This document shows positions 23,864 to 34,922 of a stretch of 64,000 nt of DNA, piece after piece (positions within the stretch are counted from its first letter, which is position 1; each line of letters starts with the position of its first letter). The stretch comes from Gnetum montanum (Eukaryota; Plantae; Gnetophyta): NCBI GenBank assembly GCA_015680685.1, contig MNCI01002028.1, positions 62,001 to 126,000 of the forward strand, given 5' to 3'. Position numbers and translations under genes: made by a program. A model generated the notes under the pieces. That model saw only the letters and a program-made list of their open reading frames with translations, was not told the origin of the DNA and made no database searches.

Positions 23864-25383
23864 TGAAACACCACAAAATTTTGAGCTTAGTACTTCTCCA
23901 ACAAGAGTCGAGCTAATTCATGACACTCCCCAGCATGATTGAAGCTTGAGGGCCCCACAGACAGCTTCAAGCAAAGTCAAACTCAACAAGAAACGGTTCA
24001 GTGGAACCCACAAATGACCACGGCAACATCTGGCATCAAACATGGCAACTTCGAAGCTTAAAATACTTGGTTCTCACTAAGTATGTAGTATGCAACATAT
24101 ACGCCCAGTGTACATGCCCAGCATACATGTCTCACATGTACGCTCAACATGTATGATTGACATGTACGCCCAGCATGCAATCCTAAAGACGGCATGGAAA
24201 CAACACTTTAGAGCAAAATTTTGTACAAAGCATCAACTCACAGGAATAGAGAAATTATCAGGTGTCATCATGGGCTCCAAAAAGTCAAATTTTGGTCTCG
24301 ACATCATGCACTTTCGAGTTCATACGCTGAGTATGTACATCCTACATGAACAGCGTATATGCCCAGCATGCATGCCTAGCGTATACGCCCAGCATGTACA
24401 ATGTGTACGCCCAACGTGCACTCCTAGCATATACACCCAACATATACAATGCATACGCCCAGCGTGTACGCCCAGCATGTACAATGTGTATGCTCAGTGT
24501 GTAGCACAATGTATACCAATCAAAGCTCTCCAAAACTGTGTCAGATCAAGGCTAACCAAGCTGAACATCCATAGGCAACATTCTTATGACATCCGAATTC
24601 AAATTTGAAGGCCGAATGGCTTCTTTTTTTTGATCAAGTCTATACGCCGAGTTCACACGCCCAGTGTGTATACACTAGTGTACAGCAGTATACGCTGGCG
24701 TGCAGCACGCTGTACACTAGTAAAATTTCATTCTTTCACACTTGGTCAACGTGCCACATGTCACCCGACTCGAGAGTCCAGCACTCCATAGCTAATCATC
24801 CCCTCTCAGATCCGAGTCTAACATCTAAACTTGTATAAAAATCCCAATTTTTCACTAGATTGGGGTTGGCAATTTTGAGCAAAACCAGAGATACTGAGAA
24901 ACAAAAGCAAAACAAAAACCTATACACTGGACCTCAACCCTGCATGCTGAGCACATAGCCTTAACGTTGTGCCTACAGTTCAAACTAGCACACCATCATC
25001 CCTCTGCATCCACCGGGGCTCTTCATCCACCTTGTGTCAGATTCACAACTGCATTAGACCGGTGCATCATAACTTTCAATTTTGCAATAATATTATCACA
25101 TTTATTTTGCTAAGATTTGTTACAGTTTTTCGTTCATTATTGCATGCTTATTGTTTACGCTCCATTTTACGTTAGCTACGTCGTTTACGTATAATCCAGT
25201 GTACAGTATAACAGTGTACGTTTGGGGAAATCCTTGTCTGATTCGCGTGTGGACCATTTAAGGTACTCTACCTTTGTTAATTCTAGCTTTCCCTCAAGTA
25301 AAGGTAGGGTCTTCTGTGCTTGTCCAGGGATCTTCTGGTTTCTGTTTCATTCTAGCTGGAGACCGACGATTTCGGACAGTACA
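23864..25383 (+). repeat. Element B 3' LTR
   Basis: Copy of 8078-9594 followed by TSD CTCAG. Confidence 0.95.
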
Positions 25384-25412
25384 CTCAGGACGTGAAAGTG
25401 ATAAGTTTTTTA

Positions 25413-25430
25413 CCACGTCAACTATAAATA
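25413..25430 (+). promoter_or_regulatory. Putative promoter (ACGT box and TATA) of the antisense gene of A
   Basis: CCACGTCA followed by CTATAAATA about 130 bp upstream of the ATG at 25562; TATA-like motifs at equivalent positions in B and C. Confidence 0.5.
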
Positions 25431-25561
25431 GGGGATTACCCCTTGGTAAACTTGTCATTTTCATTTTCATAGATCACACCCAGAGTGTAGTGTGGTCAAA
25501 CTAAGAGAGAGCCTAATAGGTGTAGCGTAGCAGTTGGTACAACCAATTTGTGAGCAAGGAA

Positions 25562-28500
25562 ATGGCACGTAAAAGTGAATGTAGGCATCAAGGTCTTGCC
25601 AAGGTGGATGAAGTGAGGGATACTCTAGGACACCTCTCCAAGGCATGCATTGAGGAGCAGGAGGAGACTTTGTCTTCTCGGTAAGTCACTACACTACCCT
25701 CGTTTCTGTTATGTAATGTATCAGGTTAGATTGTCATTGTTGTTACTATTTTTGTTGTCACAATCATCATTGCTGCAATTGTTGTCATTGTTTTTGTTGC
25801 CATTTTGGCCACTGTAGCATGGTTGTTGCCACTTTGGCTATAGTGGTTGTGGTAGTTGCTACACTACGATTGCCTATGGTACTGCCCTGGACACCATTGT
25901 TAAGAATGGTCATTGCACTATCATAGGGGTTTGGGTAGTTCTGGGTGGCATAGCGCACGCTTGGTGTAATGTACAGTCCTTATAAGGGATTATTTGTTTA
26001 CAAATTTTTAGGGTAGTGTAATGCATGCCCGGTGTAGCATAGCATGAGCAAAGGGGGAGTTTATTGCACTTGTGTTTTTCTTGGCTATTTTTCATGCGGT
26101 GGAGCAGGGTCGGGATAACGAGAGTGCTATGATTTCTTTTTCATAGGATACGTTGTTCTAGTCATTGGCACTGTTAAACTATTACATTTTTGTTCCTGTT
26201 ACGTTGTGCTATTGTATTGATAGGCCCTTAGGCCATTACGCTAGCAATCTGTGATGCTACTATGCTATTAAATGCCCACTATGTTGCCATGTTGTTAAAG
26301 TGTTTTTCTAACAACACCGGTATGCCTGTTACATGTTATGCATGTTACAGTTGTTGTACTGTTTCATCTGTTGTACTTACTACTTTGCTATGTTGCATGA
26401 GGTGTAGTCATTTTTCTATGCTATGCATAATGCAACCATCACCCTTGTGCAAAGTGTAACTCTTACACTACACTATACAAGGCATGTCTGCTATGATGCA
26501 CTGTGTAGGACGTAACTGTTACACTGTAGGGTGCACTCGCTACACTACACTACGTAGGGTTTTGTTATGCTGGATACAATGTTTAACTCTATTTTACCAA
26601 GAACTTGTTGTTTCACACCTAAAAAAAATTGTACAGCAAGAGTTACACTATGTTACTTGGTACTCATCACTTGATTGTTGCACTAATGCTTTCTTGTTGT
26701 ATTGCACAGGGTCATGCTAAAACCTGTCTTGATCGTTCTCAAGCTGGTAGCAGTCCTATGCTTCCTTAGTGAAGCTTTGGCCAACATAGCCCCTCCCCAT
26801 GCATGGGTAGGACATCAAGTGGTTTGGTTTTAAGATGGTGCACAGGACTTCCTAGAGTTCCTCCTTTGCCATTTTAGTGTGATCGTGTGGTCACACTTAT
26901 CGGCCGAAATAGCAACTGTTCTTACAGAAATGTTATTTCCCAGGGCAAATCGAGGCATTCTAAAGTTCATGGCTGATGGGTTGATAAAAAGTGAAGGGGT
27001 AGAAGATTCATGCTAACACCCAAGGGGCTTGAGGTGCTTGAGTTGGATCTAATACATGCCCGAGTTCAAATGCTACAATCTATACAACACATTGTACGTT
27101 GCCTATCACATGGGCACTCGCTTTCAGAATCCACCTGGAACCATTTATTGTGCCGGTGGGTGAGTTTTGTGAAGGTGTTTTAAATATTTTGTATGATTTT
27201 CCTTGTGCTAGTTAAAAATGCTTACCATATTTCTTACATGTTTCCAGGTTTTATATTGATGAGGGTAGTCTTCACGATAACATGGATACATTAGCATTGG
27301 CCCAAATGGCTCTGTAAGAGTTCTCCTCTGCTAAGAACGTGTGTGCCAGTGTTATAGAACAACTTGGGCTTGATTTCAAAGCCTATCCAACTAGGTATTC
27401 CAAGTTCTATGGGAAATGTAAGGACGTTGGCTGCTTGGATAGTGAATAGGCATCATGCCGACTACTTACCGTCGAAGACGTTCTGGTGGAACTTCCACCA
27501 TTTCCTATGCTGTTTAAACCTGGTATGTTAAACCGTGCATTTGTTCTTATGTGTTCAAGTGATGATATGATTTTTCCTTTGATAATTTTTGTTGCTAACT
27601 ATTGTAGTAATGAGTGAATAGCAAGAGGTTACAGTGATTATCTCTGGGCGTGACAAGATGAACCTCTTCTTCAAGTACAGGGAGGTGGAGGAGACACAAT
27701 GTTGGCTTTGCAATGGGGCCCTAGCCACCCTTGTTCATAACATTTAGGATGCTAGGATCATGGATTTATTCTTGGTAGTAAATCCAAGTGTCCTGGCTAT
27801 AGAAATGCTTTCCCTAGTTGATTCCTTCTCTGAAAAGACTGACCACTTTGACACACGTGTTCACAATGTGTGGGTGGTATTCAAAATTAACAACCAACTA
27901 TTTGTGGATTTTTTCGATGTCCCTTCTGATGGTCTCCCTGAAGGAGAAAAATCTAGCAAAGATGCAAACCATCAAGGGGATATCAAGGAATGACTAGGGA
28001 CAAGCAAGGATCGAAAGGCGATTTACATCCATATGGTCAAGCTAGCGGTGGCCTAAATAGTTTACCCTGTCTTTCATGCCCATGATTTCCCTAAGCTACT
28101 CTCCCAAGAGAAAATCATTAGAGTGGAGTAGGCTTGGATAATGATGGAGGTCATGGACGAAGGAATCCATTATAACTAGGCCAAGTACCTTTCAAAAGGC
28201 TTGTGTGCTAAATTGGTCAAACTTCGTGAGAAGCTTGACTCTCATTTCAACATGCATTAGGCCTTCTTTGTAGCTTGCCTACGATGGTTTGCAAAATTCC
28301 TAGTGGTCTTTGAAAATGATGCCTAGGTATAACAAGATTCTAATTAGATATCTAAGCCATGGATTTGCTAGGTTTTCTGCATCACCCGATCCCAAGACCC
28401 CCCAGAAGCTATCGGGAAATCACTTTCAATAATGACAAGGGATTGGGTGGCATGACCCTTTTGTGCCCAGGATAGTGTGGGAGAGGCACATCTTCTTAAC

Positions 28501-29078
28501 ATTGGTAATGTATTAAGGGGGACATGCCTCATTGCTGAAATTGTTAAGACTAGGCTGTAATGTAAAAAGTCTCATCCTGCGGAAGAACCTCCCCATACGA
28601 ATGAAGAGAAGGGGAAAAACCTGCAAATCAATGTTCGCAGAGTGCAAGCCCCAGTTGGTAAGTGTATCTAATTGCTTTGTTAGCATAGAACCTACTACGT
28701 TGTGCTACACTATGTAGCATAGCATAGCATAGCGCCCATTTTACATTTGAGTATTCTACTTACTTTGAACATGTTTGTTAGAAGAGGAAGAAGAAGAGGT
28801 TTTGGCCCTTGAAGCAAGGGCGTCCACTGAAGAAGAAGAAGAGGCTCTGACAGCAAAAGAAGAGGTCCCCGCCATGGAGGAAGAGGCCCCAGCTACCGAT
28901 GACCTTTTCGCCAAGTGTGCCTTACTGCCTAAGGGGCCCATGAATATTGAGGATGACACCACACTTTTGAGTCAGCTAGAAGGAGAGGGGTTGCAATTTG
29001 ATGCTAGTGAGTTTGATCACTTACTTGATAATGTATCGATGGACAATCCCCCTACTATCACCCCTAAGGGTTTGTTGG
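25562..29078 (+). pseudogene. Antisense accessory gene of A, exons 1-5 (approx. 25562-25680, 26710-27159 NIF/HAD-like, 27248-27522, 27608-28657 plant-transposon domain, 28782-~29078 acidic)
   Basis: Donors GTAAGT, GTGAGT, GTATGT and (Y)AG acceptors; exon translations align with the minus-strand exons of C and B; several in-frame stops. Confidence 0.75.
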
Positions 29079-29129
29079 GTAGGAGCTTTACACTATCATT
29101 TATATTATTCATCAGCTTTTTTTTTTCCT

Positions 29130-30657
29130 TGAAACATCGTGAAATTTTAAGGCCTCAACGGTTCAGAAAAATCTTGAGACTCAAGCAAGGATTTGCGATA
29201 GGTCGCAGCTCAGCAAGTTCCTTTTTCTGCTAAAGGCCTGTTATGCCACACTATACAACGTAGCGTAATAGACTCCAGAGGATAGAACAAGACAAGGGGT
29301 GTGCAATGACAAGCCTTCGACTTTGCAAGTTAGCTATGTTTCAAAAATTTTAACTTTTAGCATATTACGTAGTGTTACGCAATGCCACATGATGTAGCAT
29401 AACACAACGTAATGCAAGAAGATAGTCCATCTAGTCGCAACAATGGAGATAGGAAAATTTCAAACCTCAATGGTTCAGCCAAATCCCACAGCTCAAGCAA
29501 GGATCTACAACATGTCTCACATCTCAACAAGTTTTCTTTTTTGGCTAAGGACCTATTATGCTACATTACGTAGTGCAGTGTAATAAACACTAGTAAGGCT
29601 AAATAGAAACAAAGGATGTGTAGTGACAACACTTCAATTTTTTCAGGTTTGCTATATTACGCCTAGTTACGCTATGTAGTGTAATGTATCATAACACAAC
29701 GTAATGCAACCAGATAATTGAGATGAAAATAATCAAGCATTGGTGGTTCTTATGCCACAATACGCTCTCCAGTGTATTACAGTGTAACCACAGGATAGTT
29801 TGTTGCCAAAGCTCCAGCAAGGGTAGATTATGATACATTACGCTTCAGAGCATAATGCAGCGTAGCGCCGCAAGCTTCAAACACAAACTCATCAAGTCAA
29901 TGAAATTTTTTAGGTTCAGGACATGCGTCATCTAAATTGCGTTTTTCTCCTAACACTAACCTTATAAATACTCTAGTTGACAAGGATCAAAAGGGGGCAA
30001 AAATCTCTCTCAATTGGCAAATTTTCTCTGTGAGCAATTTTCTTTCATTGGTAATTGTTGACAAATCTTGGCAAAAATTGGCAAGAGAACAAAGGAGGAT
30101 CGGAAACAGTAAGAACATCAAAGGTGATTGATAAGAGCTTTTGATCAAAAATTGCTAGCTAGCAGACATTCTACTTCAGGTCTGACTCCCTTGCACCCAG
30201 ACTGGCTAGAACAAGGTAGATCGGCCTTTGCTTGTTTCATCTTTAAATAGCTTTTTTGTTCTTGGCATGTGCTTTGTTTAAATCAAATTCTACCTACAAT
30301 CATTGTATCAAAAAATATTTGTTTATAAGCCAAATCCCAAATCTTAGGATTGCACACTCTCTAAATCCAATTTATTGCATCCTATCTACATAGATTTTGC
30401 AATCGCTTTGAATTGTTTACATCGCTCTCATTACCTTCAAGATTAATGATATCACATCTCCTCATTGAAATCGACATCTCGTCATCTAGTTATTACAAAA
30501 TTTTACTGATTAAGTAAGTCCCTGTCTGATCGAAAAGACGTTCAGGGCACCTTAGATTTGTTTTCTCTAGCACGACCCTCGCATGGATCTGGGGTTGGAA
30601 CTATGTACACGGAACTCCACTCGGTATTTCTAGTGACCGACATTTTCCATTGTTACA
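29130..30657 (+). repeat. Element C 5' LTR (with ~315-bp internal tandem duplication)
   Basis: TGAAACATCG...TGTTACA; aligns with 45447-46974; block ~29140-29450 repeated from ~29455. Confidence 0.93.
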
Positions 30658-30663
30658 GTTTTC

Positions 30664-30693
30664 TAGCGCTAGAAGGAGGGCCTGAACCTCCGA
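30664..30693 (+). other. Primer binding site (tRNA-Asn) of C, apparently extended
   Basis: TAGCGCTAGAAGGAGGGCCTGAACCTCCGA, 6 nt after the LTR. Confidence 0.85.
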
Positions 30694-30927
30694 TCCACAT
30701 TTTATGGGTGGTCCTATAAGCTTTTTGTACCCATTGTTGATCGACGTAAATGTAATACCTCTGTGGTTGTTTACGAGATTTTGTGATACAGATCAGTCAC
30801 CTCGATGATTCCTATGGAATCCTACTGAGTAGAAAGCCCATTTTCACCTTACTTTGCTTTTGCCCTTGTGATCCTTTGCCCTTGTGATCTTTATCCTTAC
30901 CATCATTACTCTTGAACCACGTAGAGA

Positions 30928-33900
30928 ATGGCTGCACCAATCACCGCTATTGAAACTGCTAACCTCAAAAATCCTTGGACTCTACAAGTTACGCCTCCTA
31001 TGGTCGAGCCACCAACCAGTCTGGTATGACCACGTCAATCTCTCAGGCTTCAAAATAAAGAGCCTAAGGGACATGCTTAGCGCAGGGAGCATTACAATTT
31101 CCTTTGTGCTAAACTTGCAACAAATCTGCCCATTTATCCACAAGAACTTGAAGAGAAGCGACAATACGAGTTCATATACTGCAATGGGAAGGAATTTATT
31201 CCTTCACCTAACACCACTATACCCCGGGTGGTGTCCTATCACAAATCATTCCTCAACAAGTGTAGTTAGCTAATCCATCTCATCATACACCTCTGCCCAT
31301 GTCACCATATGTACATGCGATACCTACTTCGCAATTACATACAACGCCTACATTCATCCCGACTCACACGACAGGACCCACCACCAAAGCATGGTGGATT
31401 CCAAACATGTCCCTCATTGTGCATCCTATGCAGATGTCCCATCTCCCCCATCTCCAAAACCAGGTCCCGTAGGTGCTAAACCCTGCTATAGGGTCATTGT
31501 CTATGCCCTCGGTCTCACAAACACCATATCCCATGGCATAGCTAACGGTGGTCTCCCCATCTGTGCCATCTATCGAGTGGTCGATGCCACAAGCGGCATC
31601 ACCTGTAGGAATAGTTCCAATAGCAGTGCACATGGGCCAAGTTGCTGCCCCTATTCTGCCACCCGGTGTGGCTCCTCCTGTTGTTATACAAATGACCTCA
31701 TCGTCTATGGGTCTAGATCAAGCCTTCCAGCTTATTCAGACCCTTACTAAGGAAGTTAAATGCCTCAAGGCTGATGGTTCTAACATGGTACAGGTCATGG
31801 ATTTTTACCATGACGATCCTATCAGTCCAGCAGTACCTGTTTTATCGTTACCTCTTGGGATGCCGCTCCCCCATTTTACAAAATACAATGGGAAAGGTGA
31901 TCCCAATGCCCATCTAGTTACTTTCAGGTCAAAGTCGTTGTTATTGCAATAATGGCCACATATCATTATATGCGTCTTTGCTATGTCCCTAACGGGTAAA
32001 GCTTTGGACTGGTATAGAGCACTCCCACGTTCTTCCATCTCAACTTTGGAAGTGCTGTTAACTCAATTCATGACTCATTTTAAGTACAACCTGAAACTAG
32101 AAGTCACACTAGATCAGCTCATGGGAGTCAAGCAAGACCCGCTCGAGTTAGTTCAAAATTTTATATAGAGGTGAAGCGCCACCTTGAACGAAATCCATAA
32201 ACCCATCACAGAGGCCCATCTATTGGCAATCTTCAAGGGGGCACTTAACAACTTCATTAAGTCTAAGTTATATTACCTCGCTCCCCACTCCCTTAGCCAA
32301 GCCTTCGCTCAGACTAACAACATTCAAAATGTGGTAGAGGCCAACAAAGACCCAGCGTATGTGGTCTATAAAAATTCCCACAACAAGGGTAAATACAAAG
32401 GAAAGGATATGCTAATGACAGTAGCAGTGATTACCGAGGGGGCCAAGAAGAAAAATAACAAGAAGAAAGTATCTGCGGAGCTTGCTGAGCCCATAACCAG
32501 CTCAAAAAACACCGATCAAGAAATTCCATCTGCCCCTAAAGCACCTCCATAGCCGAAACCTAATTTTGAGCATAAAGACCATTCAAAATATGCGGCTCTA
32601 CCTGTAAAGCCTTCAGAACTTCTAAAGAAATTACTGGGAACTAGCCACATTCAACATAAGAAGGTATCTGAGGAGGATCTAAAGTGCCACAATCAGCATT
32701 GTGAGTTGCTTAAGAATCCCTACTTGGCCCTACCAAATGAACCCCCAATCCTGAAAAACTTTAGGCTGGACCATTTCTGTGATTATCACCAGCTGTGTGA
32801 TCATGACATGGATTATTGCTGGGCATTAAAAGATGACATTCAAAGCATGAGCAATCAAGGTAAACAGATCTTAGATAGCAGTAATCTAGTCCATCTAGAA
32901 AACCAATCCATGCATGTGTACCAAGACCCGTTAAATGCCAATAACGCAGGGTACACTATCAATGTGGTAGGTATGGAAAGCGATGGTCCGATATAGCCAA
33001 AGAAGCCCTTTGTCTTGCGTGTACCTCCTTGCTCGTCTCAAGTGACAAGCCCGTTGACATCGATGAGCACAGTTCAGTGACAACCTTTTATCCTCTGAGT
33101 CCTATCTCCTACCATCATCCCATAGCCTACTATTGGTAAAGCTGCCTACGCCCACACCAAAGACACCCTTTGTCATTAGGGTGCTAAAGCCATCACTTGT
33201 TCTTATCATGCAGGGGCAATCCTCTAAGTCAACGCCCCAATCACAACCTAATAATAAAGGAGGAGGGTGCATGACAGTTGACACAGCCAAGGATCGCCTT
33301 ACGCTGGAATTCCCTAAGCCTACACCCCTCACCTTAGCACCCTTGGCCCCACCTTCTTCTAAAAAAGATGATGTTACGTAAACAATACCACCTTCTCCTT
33401 GCCTAAGAAAACACAATCCTCAACTAGAAACTGTTCCACCCCGAGAGATTCGTCTCTTGGGACGAATGGAAGAAGAGAAGGATAACAAACCACCAGATCG
33501 TGGGCATGACCTCCTTGATGCTTTTACGCAATTCAAGCAGGCTCACAAATAGAAAAATACAATGCTAAGCCTGTATGACTTGTTAATGACATCCCAAAAG
33601 CATCACAAAGCCATGGTTCACATGCTAACGTCCATACCCATGGAAGAAAACTTACTAGCAGATGAAGAAATCCATTCAATTATGCTTTCCCCCACTGTTG
33701 AAAAACTACGATCTCCCCAATTGAAATTTCATGATGAATCCATTAAGGATGACCCAGAAAAGAGTCAGGTAACAATAGCATCCATGTTTATCACTATCCG
33801 GGTCAGCCAGTACAGAATCCGAAGAATACACATAGATGACGGGGTCACTGCCAATGTCATTCCATTCCCTATAATGGACAAACTAGGTTTTCTTGACTAG

Positions 33901-34405
33901 ATCAATCCCATGATAACATCATGTTTGAAGTCATTTAACGGGGCAAGAGTGCAAGTTAAGGGAACGATACACATCAACTTTGTAGTAGGGGATCAATTCC
34001 CCACAAACACAGTGTTCATCGTCATCGAGGAGATGCCTAGCTTCAACCTAAACTTAGGGAGGTCTTAGTTAGCTTAATTAAGGGTAGTCTCATCACCCAT
34101 TCATCAAGAGATCCACTTGCCCTATGCAGGAGGGGAAGTGATCATCCATGGTGATAAGATGACCCCTCAAGTGGTTAACAAAGTAGAAATGGAACAAGGG
34201 TCAGAGGTTGAAGTCCCCGAAGATCAAACCCCTGTCCCAACAGTTGAATAGGCCAACACAGTGGCTAATGAAAGCTTAACTTGGGCTGAACTACCCTTCT
34301 AGGGAGAAGATGGTAGTGTAGAGGAATGCTGTAATAAGCCTCCCCGACCATACACGTCGCCAAACCTAAAAATGATCAAGAAATAGCTACAAAGCTAGCA
34401 AATGA
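30928..34405 (+). pseudogene. gag: Element C gag-protease ORF (degenerate)
   Basis: FTKYNGKGDPNAHL, SLTGKALDWY, zinc knuckle CDYHQLCDHDMDYC, protease HIDDGVTANVI...FNLNLGR. Confidence 0.9.
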
Positions 34406-34507
34406 ACATGTTAGCATGACATGTTATATCAATCCATGTTGTTTATTGTTATGTAATTTACGCTCTATCTTTGTGCATTGTTCTTATTACGCTTCTGTCA
34501 TACGCAT

Positions 34508-34752
34508 CATGGCCCAAAATGGCCTTAAACTAGTTGCGGCTTGCCATGGCCTAAAACTGGCAAATGTAATTTACCCTTTTACACTTAAGATGATGATGGC
34601 CCAAAATGGTCTTAAACTCGTGACGGCCCGAAATGGCCTTAAACTATTTATGGCCTGCTATGGCCTAAACCTAGTGATTTCATTTATTCATTTACGCTTA
34701 TGATGGCATAGCTTGAAATGGCCTTAAACTATTTATGGCCTGCTACGGCCTA
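34508..34752 (+). repeat. Hairpin-TAAACT motif array downstream of gag-PR in C
   Basis: About 7 copies of GGCY-N6-GGYC-T(T/A)AAACT. Confidence 0.85.
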
Positions 34753-34922
34753 AAAAAGTGCAATCCTTCTAACGATATGTTCCACTTCATGAAAGATAAA
34801 ATCTTTACTCCAACCTACATGGGTCAAAAAACATTATCTTTTACTCCATTCCAATATAATAAAATGTTGACCAATATGGCCACGTCACACGTCACCTTTA
34901 CTAACACTTCCACCTATGTCAT

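Larger units (their letters stand above)
8078..25383 (+). mobile_element. Element B: full-length Tat-lineage LTR retrotransposon nested in the PR-RT spacer of A
   Basis: LTRs 8078-9594 and 23864-25383 (TG...CA); exact TSD CTCAG at 8073-8077 and 25384-25388; PBS and PPT present. Confidence 0.96.

Noticed and set aside
26710-28657. Interpreting the multi-exon gene as a host gene interrupted by transposons
   Set aside because: Homologous copies lie at the same internal position in four separate elements, three of them bounded by paired LTRs and TSDs, so the gene travels with the element.
30664-30700. tRNA gene or SINE
   Set aside because: Only the complement of the tRNA 3' end is present, directly after an LTR; it is a PBS.
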